From the NCBI RefSeq assembly GCF_021028975.2, contig NC_059433.1:40238001-40302000 (forward strand): DNA of 64,000 nt. Reading direction: 5' to 3'. Made by a program: the position numbers and the translations under genes. Of the stretch, positions 37,701 to 49,184 are shown one piece after another. A model generated the notes under the pieces. The model was not told where the DNA came from, did no database searches, and worked only from the letters and a program-made list of their open reading frames with translations. This DNA comes from Sphaerodactylus townsendi (taxonomy: Eukaryota). Numbering within the stretch: the stretch's first letter is position 1; each line of letters begins with the position of its first letter.

Positions 37701-40700
37701 TAATACAGTTCCTCATGTTGTGGTGACCCCCAACCCTAACATTTATCCATTTTACAGATGGAGAGCACTGATGCAGAGAGACTTAGGTGACCCCTGTGAA
37801 AGGGTCGTTCGACCCCCAAAGGGGTCCCGACCCCCAGGTTGAGAACCACTGATTTAGGGAGACCTGGATTGAAATCTCCACTCATCATGCAACTCATGGG
37901 TAACCTTGGACCTTGTTGCTGCCTTTGCCTCAACCTCCCACAGTTGTGAAGTTAAATGGAGGATGGAAGAAAATCATGTTCATCACTCTGAGCTCCTTAG
38001 AGGAAGGGCAGATAAAAATATACTAAAGAAATTAAAAGATATTGCACATGTTGAGTAACCATAAGGAATTCCATGAGTGAGTGATAGACAATTGGGATTC
38101 CTTCCCCCAGAATGAGATTGCTGAATTCTAAGGCTATATGAGTAGCCTCCTGCTTACCTGGCCTTCCCAAGCTGCTATATTGGAGTGCCCTATAACGCTG
38201 GCTGCTGAGGTTCATGGTTTAGGGAGAAGGAAGATACTTATCCAGCCATGAATGTGAGTAGTATAGTGTATGACCGTGATGACCTTTCCTTGTTTCATTC
38301 TTTGTTTTTCCCTTGTTTGCCTCCATCCCCATGCCGTGTGGAACTTTAGGTACAGTTGGGTTTGAGGGGCATGCATCTCCATTTGAGAATATTTAACTTG
38401 GTTAGGGAGCTCAGCTTCCTTCACAGATGGAAAGAGTCTTCTTGGGATGGGGGGGTGGGTGGGTGGCGCTGGCTGAATTCCAAAGAGTCTCTTTTCCTGT
38501 GGTCCTGGTAACTCCTCTTTCCCCAACACTCACTAGTGTGTGACTCATTTGAGACATTTACAGCATCTTGGACTCAGGAGGCAGGGATTAGGAGTGAGAG
38601 ATGCTTGCCTCTTGATGCATACCTTGATGCCCACCAAGGCTAGGAGCTCAAGCAGGGAAGGACCCTTCCCCTTTCATTTCCTTTTCTGGCTTCATCAACT
38701 GTCCTCAACTTTCCACAGCTGCTGGAGGTTGGTGAGGATGCGTGGGTCCCAAAGAGCTGTTTTTTCCCCTCCTTTCTTATTTTACAAGAAAAAAACCCAG
38801 AATGTTTCAGGAGTTCTGAGTTTGAAAGAACTTGTATCTCATCTTGCCCTCCTGATAGGTTTAGGACCACCAAGTTTGATGCTGAGCAAGTAGCTGCTCG
38901 TGTGTGCAAAGTTACAGCAACATCCTATGCAAGGCAGATGAGCTTTCCCCTTGCGTTGTCTGTCAGTTGCAGTTACTTTACTACTGTGACATATTATATG
39001 GTACATTTCTTTGTACTATCACCAGCACTAAGATCTACTGAGAATGGTCCTATTTTGTTTTGTTTTTAAACAGTTCTAGCCTACTTTTCTTCACTCATGT
39101 TCTCTAAACTATATCATCTGCCTGTGCTCCTCATTGGTGAGAAAAGTGGGCTATAACTGAATACATAAATGCTAAATAAATAAAGAGTAGGTGCCTTGCA
39201 ACTGTATAGTTTCCATCTCCAATGCATTAGTCAGAGTCCATCCCAAACCCTGAATCAATGAGGTCTAAAACGTTTGATTAGCATTTAACAGAATTTGGAA
39301 AGTACGGGATAACTTCCTTGGCTCTTATGTATTTCAGATGCATTCCATATATATAAAATACACTAGCTTTGTGGTATGTGTCTTGCTCACCATAGCTGTC
39401 CTATAGGGCAGGCCCTCCCTGAGCTCAGCCCCAATACCTCTGCTCACTGGTGGCTCCCAACAGACTCTTCAGTCTTGACAGAGAGCTAGATGGGTAGCAA
39501 GAGCAGTACTTTAGTTAAACACCCAGTCATCCAAAGGAGACAATTTTTGCCCTCTGTTAGTACTTGAGAAGGGTAGAGTAGAAATTGAATTAGCAAGTGC
39601 TTACAGAAACAGACCTCTGCAAACAGATCCCCTTTGGGATCTGTTCCATGAGTGCCTGGGATCCTGCATCTTTGAAAAGGTCATGCATCTTTGGCTATGC
39701 ATTTAGTGCCATTGCTGGATTGGGGCTGAATGTGTTCCTGCTGAACTGTTTATTGGTATTGCCTTGTCCATCAGCTTTGCTTAACTGTGGATCAATTCCT
39801 TCTTTATTTACTTTTGTAGTAGATCACAGGATTGGGGTTTTAAGAACTCAGATAGAAGCTGGGTATCATGAAATATGTGACTGTAGAAAGACTGAGTCTT
39901 TCTAAAAGTCCTTTTCTTTATCTCAGCTGTGGATATCTTGATCTAGGTCAGATTCTGCTCTTTTATCTTGTTTTTGTTGCCTATTATTAGTAAACAAAGA
40001 AGTCTCCCTGAATTAATTTACCAAGTATGCTTGTAGGTAGGCTTGAGGTGGCAAGTATTTGTCATGTTTTAAATATGTTCTACTGTTTTACCACAGGTTA
40101 AAGTGAATGAGGTGCAACATCAACTTCAGTTGGCAAGGCAAAAGATTAGGGTGTTAGAAAGCAAAAAGGTTTCACAAAAGGGCAAAACTGTTCCAGGCGA
40201 TTCTTCAGCTCGGAGAAGAATGTCATCTCACAAATGTATTTGCAAAAAGAAGGGGGGTTGTTCCTGCAGATATTTAGGTAAGAATATTGGATTACCTGAT
40301 GGTTTTTTGTCACATCCTATTCCAGAAGAAGTATGACTGTGGATTGTGGTAGATTCATTTTCTATCTGTAGATAGACTTACAAAGCACTTTAATTCTGGA
40401 GGTAGGGAATTACTCTGATTTCTGGAACGGAATGGAGTTTGGTTTGTAGGGCCTTTATGGCCGATTATGTGCAATGTGCTCACTGCACAATGGGGGCGAA
40501 TGTACGTCGCAGCAAGGTTTCTTGTACAGACCTGTTTCCTGGAGCCCCACTTTCACTTTCCATTCTCTCCGCGGCAAGCGAGGCCACTTTTAGCACAACT
40601 TTTTATTTGCTTTGCCGCCAGGGCAGACAGATTTGCCAGTGAGCATAGCTTTGCCCAGACATCTTCCCTCTGCCCACAGCAAGCCTGCCCACTCCCTCAA

Positions 40701-43040
40701 GCTGTTTTGCATGCCTTTCCCCTCCCCAGATGCAGCTGACTCCTTCTAGCTTCTCTACGTGTACATATCAAGAGATTGGTATCTAGATATAATAACAACA
40801 GAGGGCCTTTGCAAGGAATAGTACAAGCAGGGCGTCTTTTTGGCTCCACCCCACCTCTCCCATTTTACTTCCGCCCTTCCCGAAGATTGGGAGGACTTTT
40901 AAAACTTTATTTCAGACAAGGCTCTGTTTTAAAACAAGGCTTTTTCTTCCTCTTCTCAATCTGTTACTATAAATTGCTCTTAGCCGCTACTGATGGAGGT
41001 TTGCATTGTAGCTAAAGCCAACCTTCTGTGCTTGGTAGGTGGACCAGAGCTGTACACCCCAGCTCTTCATGTCATATAACACTATCTCCCTCCCACTTCC
41101 CTGATCTTTTTTGTACTCTGAAATCCATGTGCTGCTTGTATCAATATTTGCAGTTCAAAGACTTCCATGGCTTTTATATACCCCTTCCTACAGCTATACT
41201 TTCCTACCAGTGTAGTGATCCTTAAGGCTGATGATATGAAGTGCTTTGAACAGCAGAGTGAAGTTATAAGCAGTCAACAAAACGGTACTTGGCTAAACAG
41301 CATCCAGGGTATGTGGGTTTCCAGCTAATAGGACTTCATACTAGCAACTCTTTCTCTGAATAGAATTTTGTAAGAAACAACTAATTTCAGTTTTGCCTAG
41401 AAGTATAATCTGAAAATTAAGGAGATGTATCATGACTATGCTTTTGAGTGATCTTTTGGTGTTAAAAATATATTTAAATTGTAGACCAGTTGCTTTTGGA
41501 GATCCAGCATTTGAAGAAGGAAAATGAAAAGCTGTCTGGAGAGAGAAGAATGCTGAGAAATGAACTTGCTGCATTAGACAAGGTGATTTGTTTGCATGTT
41601 AGGACCATGACTTAAGTGTATCAGCTATGTATGAATAATTCTGCTGTCACAGTTCTCTTGAACCCAAAGTTTCAGTTTATGCATGCACTGTTCCAGTATA
41701 TGTGGCTGTGAGGACTAACATAGGCCCTTTCCCCACTTACCTTAAGCCCCGCGCTACTCTCCTCAAGTAGCGCGGGGTCCAGCTGCCCTCCCCACTTCAG
41801 GGGCGGCGAGAATGCAGCCGCCCCGACGCTGCCTCTCTCCCGCCCCCTCGACGCGCGTAATTCCTGGTGCCTTTTGAAATGGCGCCTTTTGACGACCCCG
41901 TGCAGAGCGCGGGGTCGTGGGGAAGCCAGGGCACGCGCTGGGAATTGCGCGCGCTGGGAATTGCCCGCAGCAACCTTCGGGCAAAGGTGAGTGGGGAAAG
42001 GGCCATAGTTCATCATTGGGGGGGCGTGTATTTAGGTATGTCCTTCCTCTTCAAAATGTGGTCAGAACTATCCACTTAGAACTGGATGTGTTGGCCAATA
42101 GCTGGGGAGGGTTATGCATGCCTGGCAAGGCCTATACATCTTTTTGTTGCATTCAGAATAGACAACCTGTGTTGTCTTTGGAGAACTCCCTATCAAGTCT
42201 CTTTGCTTGAGAGGTTCATCTTTTAGGTTTAAGGATTCTGGGTTGGGTCCAAATAGTTTTGTACTGGCGGAAAGGAAGGAGGACATTCCCTTTGACCACC
42301 AAAAGGCTATTCTAAGGATCACGGGACAAAAGTCATGTAGGATAGGGCCTGTCATAAATAGGGAATTAGATGAGAATGAATGAAAAAAGATGGCTGCATT
42401 CACCCCACCCCACCCATAAATACCTCTATCTGTAGAAAGTATGTGAAGAGATGATGTTTCACATTCAATGTCTTTATTTTGGAGTCATGGCAAATGTTAC
42501 TTTGACTGAGCTTTCCTTGTTTATTCAGCTGAAATAAGCAACAACATATTTCCTGTAAAGTCTTCATTGCCACAGAAATTCATTTGGCAGGAACAGAAGC
42601 CTTTTCAGTTTTACAAAGTATAAGTAGGGTTTGGCCATGATGCCTCTCTGCTTTTCCAAATATCTGATATATTGCAACAGATGAGAATATTAAGAAGGGG
42701 ATCAGGAGAATATCCTAAATTACCGGTACATGGAAGTTAAATAGAATATGGGAGCCTTGTGAAAGTTTCTACTGCTTTCATTAGCAAATCTTTTGGTTTT
42801 TAGATTCCTCCCCCAAAAATGTTGAGTAGTAACTTAGAAAATCTTAGATGTTTTATCCAACTGGGAAGTGCTTTTTAATTAAAACATATGACCTGGTCTT
42901 CTTTTCAGGATTTTTTCGATGAAATAAAAGATTTAAAATATAATCTTCGAGAATCCTTAAAACTGAACAATCACTATGAGAAGTGCTTGAAACTATGTTC
43001 AACATATGGAATAAATTTTGCACCAGTTTTTTCCAAGTAG
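31797..43040 (+). CDS. Uncharacterised coiled-coil protein with a CEP290-like C-terminus (about 381 aa; 5' exons tentative)
   Basis: Firm phase-consistent GT-AG exons: 34524(or 34478)-34556, 34623-34765, 35536-35613, 37020-37110, 40097-40277, 41485-41582, 42909-43040 (TAG). Tentative upstream exons: 31797-32034 and 32666-32771. The joined total using 34478 is 1146 nt with no internal stop. The protein is heptad-rich and ends ELAALDKDFFDEIKDLKYNLRESLKLNNHYEKCLK..., similar to CEP290 ELENFDPSFFEEIEDLKYNYKEEVKKN. Confidence 0.8.
32410..32600 (+). mobile_element. tRNA-Ala-derived SINE (Squam2-like), diverged
   Basis: TAGCTCAGAGGTAGAGC...GCATGCAGAAGGTCCC head followed by the GTGATGTGAAAGACCTCTG body. 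Confidence 0.6.
33492..34192 (+). mobile_element. Degenerate non-LTR retrotransposon RT fragment
   Basis: LMYADDAVILSQT...INYNKTKII...FKYLGV, with stops and frameshifts upstream. Flanked by a direct repeat of about 70 bp. Confidence 0.8.
34623..34765 (+). CDS. CEP290-like gene internal exon (FNQENEQLRKNLRHIYLKNKQLEYELAQMQEQLHAQNQFTPICVTKR)
   Basis: Strong pyrimidine tract plus CAG acceptor, donor AA|GTAAGA, coiled-coil composition. Confidence 0.85.
35536..35613 (+). CDS. CEP290-like gene internal exon (VQIQTEIHSLDTVHARHREVAKENS)
   Basis: 78 bp phase 2-2 exon, TTTAG acceptor, AG|GTAATC donor. Confidence 0.75.
37020..37110 (+). CDS. CEP290-like gene internal exon (LRQLYNNLLRKHNKEIKANQEHSETIAVLS)
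   Basis: TTTCTAG acceptor, TCT|GTAAGA donor, phase 2-0. Confidence 0.82.
37666..37851. mobile_element. SPIN (Space Invaders, URR1-like) non-autonomous hAT MITE nested in a SINE
   Basis: CAGTGGTTCTCAA TIRs, internal GCGACCCTTTAATACAGTTCCTCATGTTGTGGTGACCCCCAACC, perfect 8-bp TSD ATTTAGGG. Confidence 0.85.
40097..40277 (+). CDS. CEP290-like gene internal exon (VKVNEVQHQLQLARQKIRVLESKK...HKCICKKKGGCSCRYL)
   Basis: CCACAG acceptor, G|GTAAGA donor, phase 0-1. Overlaps ORF-track entry 40103-40336. Confidence 0.85.
41485..41582 (+). CDS. CEP290-like gene penultimate exon (DQLLLEIQHLKKENEKLSGERRMLRNELAALDK)
   Basis: Phase 1-0, AAG|GTGATT donor, clear heptads. Confidence 0.85.
41723..42004. mobile_element. 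Harbinger/PIF-type MITE in the last intron of the CEP290-like gene
   Basis: 21-bp TIR GGCCCTTTCCCCACT(T/C)ACCTT, 3-bp TSD ATA. Confidence 0.8.
42909..43040 (+). CDS. CEP290-like gene terminal exon (DFFDEIKDLKYNLRESLKLNNHYEKCLKLCSTYGINFAPVFSK*)
   Basis: TTCTTTTCAG acceptor, TAG stop, AATAAA at 43133-43138. Confidence 0.88.
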   Translation, partial: DFFDEIKDLKYNLRESLKLNNHYEKCLKLCSTYGINFAPVFSK

Positions 43041-43132
43041 CAGTCACCCCAGAAGTTTATAGAAATGAAATGCCCATAGAAGATTATTGACAATGTGTTT
43101 AATATCTTGACTATTCATAAAATATATTTATG

Positions 43133-43138
43133 AATAAA
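43133..43138 (+). terminator. Poly(A) signal of the CEP290-like gene
   Basis: AATAAA about 90 nt after the stop, followed by a GT/T-rich tract (GTCTGTTTTTGTG). Confidence 0.7.
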
Positions 43139-43491
43139 GGTCTGTTTTTGTGATAAAATCATGATTGAACCATTTTTTTTGTTTTGCATAATTTGTGCAG
43201 TACTTCCCACCCCCTGCCATTTACTTGCAACCAGTTTGTGAAGTGCCTGCCATTTACCTGACAGATGTTATTAGTTACTGACCAGTATCCAAAAAATTGT
43301 GGCACTAGTTCAGTGAGCCCATGAGTAGTTGAGACTGGTTTTATTCAAACAGCAGCCCCCAGACTGCATGTGAAACTGTTCCAAAATGATGAGAAACTAC
43401 TTAAAGAAAAAGAGTCAAAATTTATATATGGCTGGTGCAATTCAGCCTAAGCATCACTGAATCCAGGTTATGTGGCATTGGCTAAAACTGA

Positions 43492-43996
43492 GGCCGTTTC
43501 CGCACGAATGCGGAAGCAGCCAGGTCGGCGTTTCTGACTCCGACCCGACGACACTGGGACCGTCCACACGGACAGTCCTGGAAAGAGCCGGGCAGCCGGC
43601 GCCACGGAGCACTGGCGCCCGGCTGACCCGGCATGTCCCCGGGCCTCCGGCGCGTCGCTGAGGCCTGGGGACACGCCCCCCTGGCCCTGCGCTCCTGTTC
43701 CAGCGGCGCAGGGCAGGGGGGCGTGTCCCCAGGCCTCAGCGACGCGCCGGAGGCCCGGGGACAAGGTAAGTACCGGGTGGGGGAGGCGTCTCGAAGCCGC
43801 TGCCGTTCGATCGGCAGCAGCTTTGAGGCGGCGTTTCCGCAACAAGAGCGCTTCCGAGCGCTCTGGGGAAACGCCGGCTTCGCGGCGGTAGGGCGGCACG
43901 GCTGCGATGCAGCTGTACCCCCTGTGCGAATGGAGGCCTGGAGACAGCGTTTTTGCCGTCTCCAGGCCGCCATTAAATGCCCATGCGGAAACGGCC
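43492..43996. mobile_element. GC-rich Harbinger/PIF-type MITE with an internal palindrome
   Basis: TIR GGCCGTTTCCGCA / TGCGGAAACGGCC, 3-bp TSD TGA. Confidence 0.8.
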
Positions 43997-44539
43997 TGAG
44001 GTCCCATGTAGGCCCCATGTAGACCAAGCCACAGTTAAACACTGTGACATTCTCTTGATTTCAATAGAAGATTAACATTGCAATCTAGTGAAGAATTACT
44101 GCACTTCCAAGCCCACTGGAAATCAAGACTGAGGGAACCTGTATAAGGCTGCAGTGTAAAGCATGTAGCTTTTGGTAGCTTAAAAGATTTTATTTGCATT
44201 TTCAGCCTGCTGCTTGAGGGGTATTATAATTTATAATACCTAATTGTGTCTCATGATGGAAATCCATGGAACTGTTTTAACTAAAATTGGGTTGATTGTG
44301 CCCAATATAAAATGGCACCCTGGAATCTACAACAGACACAGACTACACGGGGGAGGATCCATACAAACAAACTAGATTAATAAAATATAACTTTGCAACC
44401 GCTTCTGATAGGAAAAGCCAGTTTTTTTCCTGGGCTGCCTCACTGGCAGGTGCTTCTGTCAGTCTTCTGGATTGCTACACACCACCATTAACATTTGCAA
44501 CTCTGAACGGTTCCTTATTTTAGTGAATACCTTGCATAG

Positions 44540-45130
44540 CATTTGCGGAGGGTCATCCCGGTGCACCATCATCGCCTCTCACAGGAGCATCCTCAGTGGC
44601 CCACGTGCTCCCAGAAAGAGGGGCGAGAAAGGGCAAAAACAGTCATCAACCAAACGGCCAATGAGAGGCGAAGAGCGAAATCCCTGGGCAGCCAATGACA
44701 GCTTTCATCGAGGCCGAACCCGGAAGTGGAGCACTGGGACACGTGCAAGCCGCAGGGGCGTTTCTTGTGGCGGGGAGTTTGGCTTTTTCCTCGGGCGCCT
44801 CCTGCGCTTTCGGTGGCGCTCGTCCTCCTGGGGTGAGGGCGGGCCGGCCGGAGGTGGCGTCTGGGCTGGCTGGACACAGGACAGGGTCTGACTTCCATCA
44901 TTGGTGTTTTTTCTCGGGCTTCCCGAAGTCGGGCCTTACCTGGCCTGGCCGTCTCTTGGAGCCTTCCGGCAGGCCACGGCCCCGCGTTGCCCGCCCCCTT
45001 CCCCGAGAGCTGCAGAGGGGTCAGTGTTTATTTGAGGGGAGGGGATCCGGAGGGGTTGCGTGAGCCTCTCTCCCGGTTGCTGCTGCGCGGCCACGATCCG
45101 CAGCCTTTCGCCTCCTAGAACATCGCATTT
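44540..45130 (+). promoter_or_regulatory. CpG island / MPPE1 promoter with non-coding first exon (about 44730-44832)
   Basis: CCAAT boxes at 44658 and 44692, ETS motif CCGGAAGT at 44720-44727, donor GG|GTGAGG at 44833. Confidence 0.75.
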
Positions 45131-47892
45131 GTATTGGAAGCGCTTCAGGTACATTTCCTGTTATCCTTATAAAACGTGTAAGGTACAGGGTTTTTAAACC
45201 CCAGGGTCACAGTTCCTTTCTTCTGTGTATTAAACAAATCTTGCAGGATTTTCTGAATTGCGTCTGACCCAGTGGGCGTAAAGATCAAAAGGTTTGTTAA
45301 GGTGCAGCAGGACTTTTTGTGTGTGTATGTGTGGTTTTTTCTTTCTTTCTTTTTTTTTTGTTTTGCAGCAGGCTGATCAGTGGGTGTTTCCCTCTCCTGG
45401 TGGGATGGGCAGCTGAAGCAGGGCGCTTGGCTAAATCTCCCTGCTTATGTTTAGTTCACGACCCTTCTAAAGTGAGAACTTCCTGGAGCACAGATCAGTT
45501 TTTGTTCTGCGTGCAAGTGGAGAGCTAATCCATAGTTTGCTTGACTTTCCTTCCAGGGAAAGCTGAACACCTTCGTGCAAAGGTGCAAGGCTTGGTTTGG
45601 TGCAAAGCTGACCACCTTGATACATCTAATTGTGATGAGATTTGCTGCCTGTGAATTCGCCCCCCCCCCCATTTTCTCTGGACAAAGTAAAAATCCAGTG
45701 GCATCTTAGGGACTAATCATATCTATTTTAAGGTGAGCTTTCAACCGTAACCTATGAAAGCCATGGCCTTTCCACATACACAGCTTACTACGGATTTTCC
45801 CAGTGGTCAAATCTTCTGTCTTGGAATCACTTTCTGTAAAATAATTCTGCATATCTCTTTCCCCCTGTCATTATGGGGTTTCCCCCCTTGTCCTTCTGCA
45901 GTTGCATTTATTTCATGCTCTATTGCTGAAAGTGTATTATTCCTGGTGATGGTGGGATATAATCTATAACACAAAAAACAACTCTCTCCAAGCCTGTAGC
46001 CCCCCCCCAAAAAATTATTGTGTGTGGGGGAAAATAAGTATATGGAAGGCCATCCATCACTATTTACTTCATTTATAGACCCATTTTTACAAGACTCAAG
46101 GTTGATTACATGGTATAAAGCAATGTAAACACTTAGCACTAGAATTCTCTAAAGCATTGCAACAGGGCTAAGACTACAAAATCCAAAAAGTTCAAAATGA
46201 TCAGCCATTCTTTGTCAAGCAATGCAGAAAATGGAATCACAAAAAAATGAAAACTGCTGTTAAGATCATGATTGAATAGCATCCACTGTGCCATGGACTG
46301 CAGTCATGTTCTCTATTAGCTTTATAAAAGTGTCCTCCCCAAAAAACTATTTTACAGAGTTTGCAGAATTAAAGAAGTGTGGGAGTCTTTCTTCCAGTTA
46401 TTGACACCTGAAACTCCAGATACAACCTCCTTTTCTCCATAAATTTTCTGCTAAGGAAAGAGAAAGCTCTGTCACTCAAAACACTTTTCAAATCAAGAAT
46501 GCCTATCATACCATCAGTAGCTAACTGTTCAGCGTTCTTAATTTGTTTTGGGGTAAATAAACTGAGGTCCATTTACAAATGGAACATCAAACTGACATCA
46601 TTAGCTCAAGATTTCTAATTGTGCCATCCATTAAATGTGTGAGATCAACAACATAGGCATGCATTTTTTTGTGGAATGGCCTTTCTGAGGATGTCAGGAA
46701 AGCTTTTGTCATTCTGCAAACTATGTAAAGCAGAATGGTTCAAGAGGGCATTTTTATAAAGATGATATTGCTACATGATAATGGAATAATTCCGGAAGAA
46801 GCTTTTATAAAAGCAACAGAACTGTGGATTATATCAATGTATGTTACGTATTATCTGTTTGCTGCATGCATTATCGTTCTCTTACTGTATTGCTGTCTAC
46901 CTTTGTAATACCATTTGCTGCACTGTTTGAGATATGTGTAATGATTTTACTGTTTTACTGCGACTATTCTTATCGCATTGTTTGTTAGATGTCTCATCTG
47001 ATTGATTGCATTGATTTACACTTTGTAATCTGTTTTGAGTCTCATTGAGAATGGTGGACTATAACTAAAGTAAATAAAATGAATAAATAAAATGCATAGT
47101 AACAGGCTGTGAGTAGGATTCTTTTCTAAGTGAACACACAAGTGTCAAGCAACTGTGGCATGATCCCTGAGCTTCTCACAGGGAAGGAATCCTTTCCCAG
47201 CAACTTTCCATCTTCAGAGCAAAAATCACAACCCTCCCTTGTGAATAAGATTCCTGTGGGGTCATATAAATTAGCAAAAGGCTTGTGCTCACTTACATCT
47301 GGGCCTAAATGTCTTCTTATTTGTCTCCTGTCCTGTCAAAAATGATTTCCCAACACTAAGAGTTCTTCAGGACTACTGTGGAACACTGTCCTGTTCTCTT
47401 TGTCTTTTTCCTTTGCTTTGTTCAGAGTCTGGTACTGCATGATTTTTATGCCTTCACTGCTTAATCTCTCTCTATATATACGCCAACATAATTTTACTGC
47501 AATACTTGCAGGCTTTTAAAATCAGGACTCTTCAGCCTTGCTAACTGTTCATTCTGTTTTAACCAACTGCATAAAGAATTTACGCTTGGAAAGGATTCAC
47601 ACATTTGGAAAGGATTCACACATTTTTGCCTCAACTCCTTTCTTTTCCCTTTACATAGAGAATTTACACATGAAGAACTCGGGACAGATTTCACACCAAC
47701 CCTTAGTGCTGATTGGAGGGGTATGACAAATGATGGATGAGACACTGCCCCCCCCCCCTTTACCCCACTATGGCTGCAGGCCTGACTCTCCTCACTTTTC
47801 CCCTTTTGTGCAACACTCTAGCTTCTCTGAGCAGTAACATTTTGAAGCAGCAATTCAAAAATTCAATTTCTACTAGTGAGAACTATCGACCC

Positions 47893-48680
47893 AAAATGGA
47901 AGCCAAAACAACTCCTGGAGCAGCCGCCATTATCTGAAGGAACAGAAACGTAACCCTGTCCCTCCCCACCCACCCACCCACGGGCCAAATTTGATCTGCA
48001 GTAACACATGATTGTTACTGCAGCAGTCCTTGATAACATGCAGCACTTAACTCCTAGTACTCTTTTCGACCACCTCTCTGTTCTAATGTAACATCGGTAG
48101 TTCAATATGAAATTGACAAAGCTGATCCAGTCAACCATGTTCAATTGTATCTCTACCTTAATTTTACACTGATAGTTTAATAGGACAAGCAGAATTTTTT
48201 GAAAATGGAGGAGGAGAGAAAGGAGAAAACCATTGAAAGGTGTGTGCGGTGTAGTTAAGGACCAGATGTTGGCACAAAATGGATGCAAAAAATCCTACTG
48301 CAGCAGGTTCCATTACATGAAGGAAAGAAACACATAGCCTATCCCCCCCCCACAAACAAAGAACCACGTATTCGTCTAAATTAGTGCTGCAGTAACACAT
48401 GATCATTACTACAGCAGTCTCTTGTGATTTTCCTCCTGCAAAAGCAACTTCCTTTGTCAATACCATTCACTCTTAACAGCAGAAACAGTGTATCTTCACC
48501 TTAGTGTTACATTGCTAGTTCAAGATGAAATTGATCAAACTGATGCAATCAACATGGTGTGTGTCTGTGCCCTAATTTTACATTGCTAATGTGATATGAC
48601 AAAAGAGAAAAAAAATCCTTCAAAAAATGGAGGATGAAGGGGAGGAGAAAATGGCTGTAGGGGAAGTTGGGCGATTACAT
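47893..48680 (+). repeat. Diverged tandem duplication (2 units of about 385-400 bp) in MPPE1 intron 1
   Basis: Collinear shared anchors in both units: AAAATGGA, CTGCAGTAACACATGAT, TAGTTCAA.ATGAAATTGA, TAATTTTACA and AAAATGGAGGA. Confidence 0.7.
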
Positions 48681-49184
48681 ATGGGCGTAGGTAAGGGGTG
48701 GAGAAATAAAATCAGCTTCAACATGATCACATGCTCAAGGGAAGCTGGTTTGAGAACAGACAAAAAAAACATTGCAGCAAAATTGTTAAGGGAGATGACA
48801 GAGGAAAAATGTAGTAAAAACATTTCTGGAACCAAATGGGGTAAAGAACAAGCGGAGGTAAAAGGAAAAAAATGTAGCATTTAATAGCAGCATATGTTGT
48901 ACACAACTCATGCAGAAAAGGCCTTCATCTTGAAATAACTGCTGTTAATCTTTAAAGGGCCACAGGGCTTTTATTTGCTGTAACAGTCTAACATGGCTTC
49001 TCTTGACAAACCAAAATATCAGTATTGGTCTCACTATATAAACAATTATTCTGCAGAGGCACAGTGAAATTTTTTTCTGTGTCTCTTGCAGGGTTTCCAG
49101 TTGAAATGAAGAAACGTACATTTGTCCTAACAGTCTGAATTGGTGAATCATAATGCCATCTATGGGGAAACAGGATCACCTGAT

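Noticed and set aside
34478-43040. Calling the coiled-coil gene CEP290, CCDC68 or ANKRD62
   Set aside because: It is far too short and in the wrong syntenic context for CEP290, has no ankyrin repeats and no recognisable CCDC68 motifs, so no symbol is assigned.
43468-44042. ORFs of 129-186 aa on both strands
   Set aside because: They are products of a palindromic MITE, with the same peptide appearing on both strands.
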